Assembly (NCBI RefSeq): GCF_006345805.1
Contig: NC_043005.1
Span: 80,476,001-80,540,000 of the forward strand
Direction of reading: 5' to 3'
DNA from: Octopus sinensis
Taxonomy: Eukaryota
DNA: 64,000 bases
The notes beneath the pieces are model-generated. The model worked only from the letters and a program-made list of their open reading frames with translations, ran no database searches and had not been told where the DNA came from. The translations under genes and the position numbers were made by a program. This document shows positions 27,395-39,477 of the stretch, piece after piece (position 1 is the first letter of the stretch; each line of letters begins with the position of its first letter).

Positions 27395-27650
27395 CGATCT
27401 CTTTCAAATGCTATACACGGAGTTTCCTTCAATACTGATGCAGAATTGAGAGCTTGGTTGGATCAATTTTTTCGAGTCGAAATTGAGTGATTTCTACCAA
27501 CGGAGTATTGAAAATCTTGTTGAACGTTGGGAAAAAGTTGTAAACAACAACTATGAATACATTATTGATTAATTAGCTGTTATTTTTTATTAATCATTTT
27601 AAAAAATTTTAATTTAAAAAAACGGAGGGAACTTAGTTGCCAACCCATTA
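27395..27650 (+). mobile_element. mariner transposase C-terminal relic with right TIR
   Basis: RSLSNAIHGVSFNTDAELRAWLDQFF../DFYQRSIENLVERWEKVVNNNYEYIID*, then a TIR-like end ..GTTGCCAACCCATTA. Confidence 0.75.
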
Positions 27651-27730
27651 TAATTGAACTGAAATAAAAGGAATAATTTTATGCATGCGTACCCACACAC
27701 ACACACACACACACACACATACATACATAT

Positions 27731-27960
27731 ACAGGGTGTTCAAAAAGTCTCCCCACAGTAAATATTTAATGGTATTCGGGCAATTCTTATAAACTGATCC
27801 TTTACTTGCTCCCGAGAAAAAAGTCTGATCGTGTTAAATCAGGTGATTTTGGTCGCCAAATTCCCTTCGAAATAATCTGTTCACTGAGCGCCATGGTGAT
27901 GTGCAGGATGAAAAATTTCACTGAGGAGAGATTGTTTGAACACAATGTACATAGACACAT
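27731..27960 (-). mobile_element. Tc1/mariner (DD37D-like) transposase relic (paralogous copy 54780-54950)
   Basis: IISKGI(W/C)PPRSP(D/E)LTRSDF motif. TA-CAGGGTG terminus at 27729-27738. Confidence 0.65.
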
Positions 27961-28499
27961 AATAAGGACATTTTTTGTTGTGTCTAGGGAGAGTCATTTT
28001 CTTTTTGTGCCTTATAATTTTCGCTGCGTCTTGCAACCTTTTCAATAGTCTTGACACTGTCCGTTATTTACGCTGCGCTCCTTTTTGTTTGTTTGTGTAA
28101 ATGTGTGTATGTGTGCCTATGCATGCATGCATGTACGTATTTATGTATGTGTATATGTATATATGTATGTGTGTGCATCTGTATGTATGTAGCATGCATA
28201 TTCATGTGCTTGCGTGTCCGTGTTTGTGTAGTTTTATGTGTGTGTGAGCGTGTGTTTGTATATGCATGCACTTCTGTCTCCTTGTGTGTGTATGTCTGTG
28301 TACCATGTTTGTGTGTGCATGTCAATGTACCATGTTTGTATGTATGGATGTGCATCTCTATATGTGTGGACCCGTGTCTCCATATGTGTCCTTGTGTGGA
28401 GTAAAGTGTGTGTGTATATATGGTTATGTGTTTCAGTATGTGGAGGTATGGAGTTATGATATCTACTATGTATATTTAGTTTTTAGTATTGGGGAAGTT

Positions 28500-28650
28500 T
28501 CATTTTATAAGGACGTACTCCCATATTTGCCTGAGTGTTGGGTCTTTTGGGTACTTGGATGAGATGCGGATGTCAAGTTGACCCAAGTTGCTTCCATGGT
28601 GGTCTTTGGCATGTTGGTAGAGTATGGAGGACTGTTTTTTGTCATCAACA
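28500..28650 (-). mobile_element. Penelope-like GIY-YIG C-terminal relic
   Basis: SILYQHAKDHHGSNLGQLDIRISSKYPKDPTLRQIWEYVLIK resembles the H..H/DP..RQI.E..I tail of PLE endonucleases. Confidence 0.5.
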
Positions 28651-29149
28651 CACGAACTCATATAAAGAACCTTGCAAACCAAATCCAAAAACGAAATATG
28701 TTTCATAATCCGTATATTTCGAAACTATAGTAATGTAATCATTATTGTCCTCTGAAAACCCTGACGATTTTCCTTACGAGGAATTTAAAATGCGAATATA
28801 TATATTATTGAATATCCTTCGTAATTTTAATATCCAGAAATTAAACAATTTTTGGTTAATATGTTGATTAATTAATACATTAATTTGTATCCATTCGATC
28901 TCTCTGCATTCTAACTCAATTAGTATATATACATATGTATGATTGTACGTATGTAGGTAGGTATGTATGTATGTATGTATGTATGCATGTAATTATGTAT
29001 GTGTATGCATGCACACAGATACTTAAAGACATATATATATTAGTGTTCAAGTCACTGCCTAGAATCGAACTCGGAATCTTGGGGTTAGTAGACTGCGCTG
29101 ATAACCCCAAGGTTCCCAGTTCGATTCCAAGCAGTGTACCTAAATAGAA

Positions 29150-29214
<65 letters not shown>

Positions 29215-31806
29215 GTTCAACAAAAAGTTCAACTCCAACCCCAAAAAGTTCTACCAAGAACTGGGAAAAAAAAAATAGAAGTCACTGCAGCACCAACGGC
29301 AGAAGAATTGGAAGAATTCTGGAGAGAAATATGGTCGGCGAACGAACCACCAAAAAAAAAGGAGTATCAAAATAACAAACTCGGCATCTGAACAATTTGG
29401 ACCCCCATAACAACTGAAGAGGTCACCCAGGCACTGCAAAGACTAAGCAACTGGAAGGCACCTGGGCATGACAAGATCCCCAACTTCTGGTTGAAATATC
29501 TAACAGGAATGCACAAAAAGCTGGCTGAAAAATTTAACAACGTACTAGCAGAGCCAGAGACAATGCCTGAATGGCTCACGAAGGGGAAAACCATCTTAAT
29601 TCCCAAATCAAATGAAACAGAAAAACCAGAAAACTACAGACCAATAACCTGCCTCCCTATTATGTTCAAGGCATTTACTGCAGTGATATCACAAAGGCTG
29701 AACAAGCACCTGGACGAAAACAAACTGTTCCCAGAAGAGCAGAAAGGATGCCGCAAAGGCTCATATGGCTGTAAAGATCAACTAATGATTAATAAAGCCA
29801 TAACTGAAGACAGCCACAGAAAGAAGAAATGCCTCAGTATGGCCTGGATTGACAACAAAAAGGCGTTTGATAGCATCCCCCACACATGGATCCTCGAAAC
29901 ACTAGCCATTAACAAAGTAGCAGCAACAATCATAAAATTCATAGAGCACTCTATGAATAAATGGCAAACAGTCCTACACCTCCAAACAAAAGAGGGACTC
30001 ATGAAAACCAAAGACATCCCCATTAGAAGAGGAATATTCCAGGGAGACACGCTCTCTCCACTCCTTTTCTGCTTGGCACTGTCACCTCTATCTGATATGC
30101 TAAATAGAACTGGATGCGGATATAAATGTTACGGCAAAACAATCAGCCACCTTTTATATATGGATGACCTAAAACTATACGCTGCAAAGGACAAACAGCT
30201 GGAAACACTATTAAAGACAGTTCATGGATTTACCAAAGAAATAGATATGAAATTTGGATTAGAAAAATGCGCCAAAGTAACCATGAAAAGAGGAAAACTA
30301 GTTAAGAGTAACAACATCACACTAGATAAAACCAATGAAATAAAAGAATTAGACCAAAGCCAACTTACAAATACTTAGGAATCCATGAACTAGATAAGAC
30401 ACAACACACACAAATGAAAGAGAAAATAAAAAAAGAATATTATAGACGAGTTAGATCAATACTAAACACAGAGCTCAATGCTAAAATCAAGATAATAGGT
30501 ATCAACACTTTAGCTGTCCCAGTTATAAGTTACAGCTACAATATCCTTAACTGGACACGAAATGAACTGACCAAAATAGATAGGAAAACAAGAAAAATAA
30601 TGACAGGATCTAGGATGCATCACCCAAAATCTGACATAGAAAGACTATATATACAACGTATAGAAGGTGGTAGAGGCCTTATACAGCTGGAAAACTACTA
30701 TAAAATAACCACCATAGGACTGCAAAAATATCTACTTCAGAAGGAAGGAAAACTGATCCAGATAGCGGCAAAACACGAGCAAAACAAAAAACTGTTCTCA
30801 GTATTTAAGGAAGCTGACAAATACAAACAAGAAATCATACCACCTAATAAACATGAAGAAGAAGAAGAAGATAAAGAAACAACAAAAGCTATAAAACAAA
30901 TGAAATCCAAACTAAAAATAGAACAACAACGGACCATGATAAAACGATGGCAAGAAAAGCCCCTTCATGGTAAATACTGGACTAAACTAAACGCAAAAGA
31001 AATAGACAAAGAAAAATCCCAGCAATGGTTGAGAAGCTCAGGACTCAAAGCAGAAACAGAGGGATTTTTAATTGCAGCACAAGACCAAAGCCTCCCCACC
31101 AGAAATTACCAAAAACATGTAATGAAAAGAAATATTACAAGTAACTGCAGAATATGTGGAGATGGACAAGAAACAATAAATCATATTATCTCTAGCTGCC
31201 CAGTCCTGGCTAAGAAGGAATATATTCACAGACATGACAGAGTTGGAACCTACATACATTGGAAGCTATGCCAACATTATGGAATAACAACAGAAAAAAG
31301 ATGGTATAGGCACACACCAGAAAAGGTCACAGAAAACGAGAAAGCAACCATACTCTGGGATATGCCGATACACACAGACAGAGAAATTAAGGCCAACAGA
31401 CCAGATATAGTTGTCAGAGACCATGAAGAAAAAAATGCTTTCTAATTGATGTATCAATACCGGCTGATGACAACGTGTCTCTAAAAGAAATGGAGAAACT
31501 CTCAAAATACAAAGACCTGGAAATAGAGGTAACTAGAATGTGGAATCTGAAAACAGAAACAATTCCTATCATAGTAGGTGCATTAGGCATGATAAAAAAT
31601 ATTCAGACAAATACATAACAAAAACACCAGGACTTACAAACACATATAACATACAGAAATTGCACTACTAGGCACTGCACACATCCTACGCAGAACACTT
31701 TCCATACAATAACCATCAGAGCATCACAACAAATCACAGCACATACCCAAGGCACACAGAGCTGCGCTCGGTAGTGAAGTGAAAGCACGCTATAAAAATA
31801 AAACTA

Positions 31807-31809
<3 letters not shown>
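29215..31809 (+). mobile_element. R4-clade (Dong-like) non-LTR retrotransposon, 5'-truncated, flanked by (AAT)n
   Basis: RT: NYRPITCL, AWIDNKKAFDSIPH, GIFQGDTLSPLLF, HLLYMDDLKLY. CCHC knuckle: CRICGDGQETINHIISSC. Restriction-like endonuclease: NRPDIVV..LIDVSIP..KE.EK.SKYKDL. About four frameshifts, mostly in A-runs. Confidence 0.9.
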
Positions 31810-31839
<30 letters not shown>

Positions 31840-31840
31840 T

Positions 31841-31873
<33 letters not shown>

Positions 31874-31896
31874 TAATAATAATAATAATAATAATA

Positions 31897-31962
<66 letters not shown>

Positions 31963-32617
31963 CAACAATAATAATAACAATATCGAAAAATACCTTAGGA
32001 ATGAGAAACCAGGTTCGAAATTTCGCCAAGAAACCTTTTGAAGGCTGGAGGTTATATCAGCCGAAACTTTACATACAAGATGAGGACAAATATCCGTCAA
32101 ATGTAAATAATGTAAATAATGTATATAATTCCTCATCTCTTAAATATAGAACTGTCTCATCTACTTTGAAATCAACTGTTTAAAATTTAATTATTTCACG
32201 TTCTATCGAGGTTTCTCAATACTTCTCACGTAATTTTTTCTACACATGTTTAGAGTGTGAAACATATTATAATATGATGTGTTGAGAAGAGACTCTCTTG
32301 GATATCTAAGAGTTTCAATCGGTATATGTTTGACATATAATGAATTGAATTTCGGTGGTTGTGGATTGCACTTACTTGATTGTATCGTCCGTTAAAGTTT
32401 TTTTGTTGTTTGTTTTTTTTTTTATACTTTATGTAAGATTGATTAGGTAACACCCACGCTCATAACACAGACATTTCAATTAAGTTTTACAATCCAGCCT
32501 ACCTGTCATACGGGATTTCGTCTTTCTGAAGCAAGGGACCTGAAGTGACATATATATATATATATATTATATATATATATATATATAATGGAACGGCGAT
32601 TATGTATATCAGAAATA

Positions 32618-32659
<42 letters not shown>

Positions 32660-33050
32660 GTCGAAACAATTTCTTGGCTTTTAATGGTTTTCATAATTAT
32701 TTGTTTTTATTATGTTGTTTATATTTTATATTTAAAGTATTTAATGGAATATTGTAATATAAATAAATTATTGGATTGTCAATTGAATATCTCCAAATTT
32801 AATTCAACTTCATTATTGAACTATACTAATATTTATATATTATCCAACTGAAGTTCCAGAGAATTGGATGTTTATCTCACCCCTTGAAGGATTACTTTTC
32901 CTCAGAGTGTTACTTATTATTATTATTATTATTATTATTATTTTTATTACTTTTTTTTTCTTCTTTCAAATTTGCTTCCATTTCTTGCCGAGTGTCTTCC
33001 CGACTCCTAGGGCAAAGAAACTCATAGTATTCATTGGTAGGCCATTAAAC

Positions 33051-33105
<55 letters not shown>

Positions 33106-33189
33106 TATTTATATATATTTGAATATAGCCACACAACTATCTTTTCCCACCATATATACGCACCACTCTCTAAGGAGATTCGTTGCGGC

Positions 33190-33236
<47 letters not shown>

Positions 33237-33263
33237 TATGTAGATATACACATACATACAGAC

Positions 33264-33314
<51 letters not shown>

Positions 33315-33640
33315 TGTGTGTGTGTGTTGTGTGTGTGTGTGTGTGTGTGTGTGTGATGTGTGTGCGTGTGTGTGTGTTTGTCCGTGAGTGTGTGTGACGT
33401 GTGCTTTTGGATCTGTGTTTTTCTCCCATCACCGCTTTACAACCGGTTTTCATTCCAAAAGCGAAATAAAAAAAAACGTAAGAACATGTACCAGGCTTAT
33501 TCTACTAAAATTTCTACTAAAATTTCCTCAAGACGGTGCTGCAGTACGGTCATATTCTAATGACTGACGAAAAATAAAAGATAACCGACAACAAAAAAAA
33601 AAGCAAATGAATAAATAGTAAGACAAATTTGATTTAAAGA

Positions 33641-33646
33641 TTTATT
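33641..33646 (-). terminator. Polyadenylation signal AATAAA of paralog B
   Basis: ~40 nt after the stop codon. Equivalent AATAAA signals occur at 14882-14887 (A) and 57048-57053 (C). Confidence 0.7.
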
Positions 33647-33682
33647 CATTTAATAAAATGATTCATTGTTTGGAACCAGCTA

Positions 33683-36244
33683 TTATGAAGTATGGAGATC
33701 AATGAAATCTCTGTAATTGGCGGTATTTGTGAAGACACCGAATCCTTCATCACAGTCAAAGCCATAGGAAGAAATGCCAGCAACGACGTATTTGTTATCC
33801 GAGGTCCTCCTGCAGATAAGACCACCGCCAGAATCTCCCTGCGTAATAATAATTTTAAAAATTATGACATAAATATTGGGAATCTTTGACAGAACGTGAA
33901 ATAATTTAAGTTTAAGCATTTGATATCAAAGTAGATAAGGTTATTAAAAATAACATGTGAATATTGTATTAAACAAAACTTGTGGGCCAGTCTTTCTTTT
34001 TTTCTACCAGAAGTGATTTTTTTAAAAATTAAAAACAATATTTGTTGGCTTTTTACATATAACTTTATCTACTTAGGATTCAAGCATTAAAAATTAATTG
34101 TTAAAAAAAAACTATCATTCAAATACATAATTGTACAGAGACAGATTAATTCATACAAAATTATTAATAATATATCTAGAAAGAGCGAAAGAGAGAGAAA
34201 GACAGAGAGAGAGAATAAGAGAGACAGACACAGGCGAAGAGAGAGAGAGAGAGAGAGAAGCAGAAAGAGAGAGAGAGATAGAAAGAGACATAAAACGATG
34301 AAAATGGCTCATTTTCAAAATAAAATAAAATCCCATTCAAATATTCCTAAATCCTAATGCAACCCATTGAGGTTGCATTAGGATTTCGAAAAAAAGAATT
34401 TCTGTAGGACAAAGATGAGTGACCTAATGTTTAGAGTGTTGAATTGTTGATCAGGTGGATCAGAGAGCGGAACAGTTGACCGGGTTACGTTGTACGGTTG
34501 AGGAAATCATTTCATTTTACGTTACTTTACATTCACTTCGACATCTGACGTGTAGCAGACCGTGTACCTGTATAGTCAATGTCGATTTAAAGGAAAGAGT
34601 GGGCGATTATACCTCAACAAATGTATGTTCGTCACTACAACTGCATATTTTCCTTGATTTTCACTCCGCATACAGCAGAGATTCCTATGGACTCTGCCCT
34701 TACGACTCAAGCAGAAATAGTGGATGAAGATAGATGAAAAGACGGATGGGCCGATGGATGGATAGATGAACAGATGGATGGATGGATGGATGGATGGGTG
34801 GAATACAAAAAATTAAAATATGAAATGGAACAAATATGCTTATAATCTCAAATCATGAATAAGCGTCATCTTACGTAACAAATATTTTTTCCATTTTTTA
34901 AGAGGTCGCCAGCACAGATATGCATTTCAGCCGAGGCGCCAGGAGAATAGGGTTGGCATTTATCATTTGGGATGATATCAATATTAGTTCGCCTCATCTG
35001 GTCTGGATAATGTCCATTTTCTAGATAAATAGAAGCAAAAAAACATGGAGTATTTTGTTAATAAATGTATAAATTTTGTTAATAAATGTATAAATCATAT
35101 TTGGAACTAAACTTTCAATTCCAGAGATAAAATATTATAAAGTGACATGACATACCTCCGGTCGATCCCCATCCAGCAGTGATACATCTCTTGTTGTATG
35201 TATCTCCTTTTTTTGGTACCTCTATAGGCTTGATACATCGGGTGGTCGTGACAGGTGACTTCAATTCTAAGATAGCAATGTCACTATCTGAAAAATTACG
35301 GGAAGAACAACAAACATTTTTGAAATATTTTGTTATATCATCACATAAAATTGAGTGAGAGAGCAGTGCATATGAAAGTGACACTCGGGTACAATTATAC
35401 GAAACTCAATATACCCAACACGACTCCCCGCCTGATAAGTGTACACCAGGCACATGCATGTAAACCCTATGTACGTGACAGTGTTCTCATATCACAATAA
35501 ACAGCACATAAACTTGTGGGTAGAATCCAGTTGCAATTTTCTTTATATCGAGTAGCACATCCCGTTAAAATTTCCATAATAAGAGTTACTGATATATGAT
35601 GAACAAAACACCCATATTTCCACAGTTGAATTGTTCACACCCCACACAATTCCTCTCAACACATGGATATGATGCTCCCGAACCACTTCAGATCAAGATC
35701 AGAGATACACATATTTTCAGCCAACAATGGAAAGCTCAACTGTTTAAGATCAAACAACTGACAAACAAATCTGTAGTATTAAGCAGAATATTTGTTGTTG
35801 CCCATCTTCTATGCCTTGACAAAATAGGATAACACCTTCAATCAATCAAGATCAGAGGCCATCACAGCCACGGCTTGGTGCTGAATTATGATTATCATCA
35901 TCATCATCATTGCCAGAATCGTTAACAAGCTGTGAAAAATGCTTAACAGCATTTCGTCCGTCTTTATGTTCTGAATTCAAATTCCGCCGAGGGCAACTTT
36001 GACTTTGATCGAGCACTGGGGTCGATGTAATCTAGTATACCCCTCCCACAAAATTTCAAGTATTTTTACTAGAAAGGATTATTATTATTGGTATTATTAT
36101 TAACGTCGGAGACGCAGGAATAGCTGAGTGGTTAAGAATTAGTAGTATATTCTACTAGAGACCCGTGTCGACCATTGCCTTGAGAGTGAATTTAGCAGAT
36201 GGAAACTGTGTGAATGTTCGCCCTCTATGTATATGTATATATGC

Positions 36245-36318
<74 letters not shown>

Positions 36319-39300
36319 ATATATATATGTTTGGAATTTACAAAAGAACACAAAAGATGAAGACGAGTATATATATATGTTGGCATGGTGAGGACGGCAA
36401 AAGCTGCCGGTTCGCCCACCCGACACCCCGCCAGAACTTCAGGGGACGCAAAGAGAAAAGCTTTACCGAGGGAACACAAAAAAATGTCTCCCGGGAAAAC
36501 TTTCAAAAACGAAGTGCGCTCCTCAGATGTTCTGCGCAACGCAGCAGCTGAGCAAGAGTCTTTTTTATGCATGGCGCAAAGAATTGTCCGGCAGCTAACC
36601 TGGCTACACCAAGCACAGAGAAGGAACCCTGCCCACCACTATACAAGACCACCACAGTCAACAGACACGGGATGGCCTCTCCTAACGCCTGCACAGCCGT
36701 CACCCCAATACTTTTACTAAATATTGGGGGCCCGTTGCATCAAAATAGAAACAAAATTTCTTTCCTGAGAGATCTTACTGCATGCAATCAAGCCCTATGC
36801 ATAGCACTTGTGGAAACTCACCTCAACCCTGATATAGAGGACGCAAAAGTACACATACCAAACTATGCCATACTGCGAACAGACAGAAGGGAAAGGAGCC
36901 ATGGTGGGGTTGCTGTATACATCCGAGATGACCTCACACCCCAGGTCTTAATGACATACTCAAAATCAGTATGTGACACTTTAATTATATACATAAGACA
37001 ACATAATATAGTAATATGCAATACATATTGCCCACCGGTTGCCCCAAATCACACAGGCAAGTTTGAAGATTGCCTCACAAGAATTAAAGAAATCCTCATG
37101 AATCTGGAACACCACGTGACCATATTTCTTATGGGTGATTTCAACTTCCCCAACGTCAAATGACCCGAAGGTCACATACAGGAATGATTCATTGCAAGCA
37201 AGTACAGGTGGAGTCCCTGCTCAACCTCACCAATGCCTTATTCATGGAGCAAGTTGTACTCAATCCAACAAGGGTGAATAACATTCTGGATCTCTGCTTC
37301 ACGAACAATATGGACAGCATTCATGATGTGAAAGTGACACCGACATCAGTTTCGGATCACAACATAATAGAGCTGTCTATGTTTGGGCCAAAAGTAACCA
37401 GAGACATACAGCCTAAAGGAAGCACCCGAAATCTCTCCAATCTGAACTTCCACAAAGCAGATTGGAAATCGATCCAAAAAGAGATCCTCAGAGAGGAATG
37501 GCCGGAATGTTTCTCCACACCAGACATTGACATGAAACTAGAATGTTTCATGTCTTCTGTGCAAGCCGTATGCCAGAAATATGTCCCAGAGCACAAGGCC
37601 AAAACAAATAGGAGCAAGATTCCAAGAGACAGGAAGATCCTCATGAGACGACGGACGAAGGTTGCAAATCGTCTCAACCAACATCCCAAAGGTAGCGAAA
37701 CGTCCCGCATAAAAACAACACTGATGGAAATCGAAAAGAGGCTGCAACAATCCTATGTGAAGGAGAAAGCAGACAAAGAAGCCTGGGTTTTATAAAATAT
37801 TAAATCAAACCCAAAGGCCTTCTTTCATTACGCGAAAGAAACAGTCTCAGTGCACTACACGATAGGACCCCTCCTCCAAAAGGATGGCTCCCTCACAGAC
37901 AGTCCAACTAAGATCAGTGAGATGCTGAATGACCAGTTCAAAAGTGTCTTTACCATCCCGCTGGAACACAGACAAGTGAATGAACCAGTGGACTTCTTTG
38001 CCGTCTCACCTATAACCAGCGAGGAGGTTACAATAGAATGTATTGACATTAGCGAAAAAGATGTCCTACTAGCCATAGATGAAGTGGACACAAACTCAGC
38101 TGCTGGTCCAGGTGGTTTCCCAGCCATCCTCCCCAAAGCGTATAAGCATGCCCTGGCAAAACCCCTCAAGATTCTCTTCCTGAGCTTTCTTGCGAATGGC
38201 AAACTGCCAAGCAAGCTGAAGGAAGGAATAATATGCCCAATACATAAAGGAGGAAGTAGATGCCAAAAACTATAGGCCTATCTCTCTGACTTCACACATC
38301 AGCAAAGTCATGGAACGGATAGTCACAAAGAAACTAATCGCATTCCTTGAGGAAAATAACTTGCAGAGTGATACCCAGCATGGTTTTCGACCAGGTAGGA
38401 GCTGCCTGACCCAGCTCTTACAACATTATGACTGGGTATTGAGGCAGTTACTCAACAAATCAAATGTGGACGTAATCTACCTTGATTTTGCAAAAGCTTT
38501 TGACAAGGTGGATCATGGTATGATATGCCACAAACTGCGTGACCTCGGCATAGCTGGAAAACTTGGAGTGTGGTTACATGACTTCCTGAAAGATAGGAGT
38601 CAGGCAGTAGTGGTTAATGGAGCCCCCTCTATGAACACACAAATAGTGAGCGGTGTTCCACAGGGCACTGTCTTGGGACCACTGCTTTTTATAGTGGCCC
38701 TCTCAGATATGCCCTCAAAGGCCCGGATAGCCACTCTGGCCAGCTATGCAGACGATACGAAAGTCTCGCAGAAAATACAGAACCCCAGCGATGTTGCACA
38801 CCTGCAGCAGGTGTTGGACTCAATCTACAGATGGGCTGAGGATAATAATATGCAGTTTAATGCTGAAAAATTCCAGGCCCTGCGCTACCAGCATCCAAAA
38901 CTGAATATTAAACTTACAGGATACACCGGTCCACAGAATTTAGTTACATATCACCTGTGATTTCGCAATCAATGCAGAATATGGATTCTATGCTCTTCAG
39001 TGCAACGAACTCAAGACATGTAAGGAAAAAACACAATATAGCATACCCGACAGACAACCGTAGAATTCGTCGTAGCATGTACGAATGTTTATCTTTACAT
39101 ATCTATGAAAATGGCGGGCTTATTCGCAATGCATTTCGGTAACAATCTGCCTATTCGGAACAAAAATTCAGTATTGAACTATTCCGGTAAAAAATATAAA
39201 TTTAAAATTAAGGATAAAATCTTTATAAGAAATCACAGGTGATACGTAACTAAATTCTGTTTTTAAATGACTTGCTTTGAAGTTTTGCATTCGGTAAAAT

Positions 39301-39382
39301 TTGTTTATTTTAGTAGTTTTGACTGCAAGAGTCCCTCCTAGCGTGCGGTACCTATGAATAATAGTACCCTCTATATAATATA

Positions 39383-39477
<95 letters not shown>

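Noticed and set aside
28680-28800. GAAACTATAGTA and CTGACGA motifs suggesting hammerheads
   Set aside because: The core and stems cannot be assembled into one valid fold.
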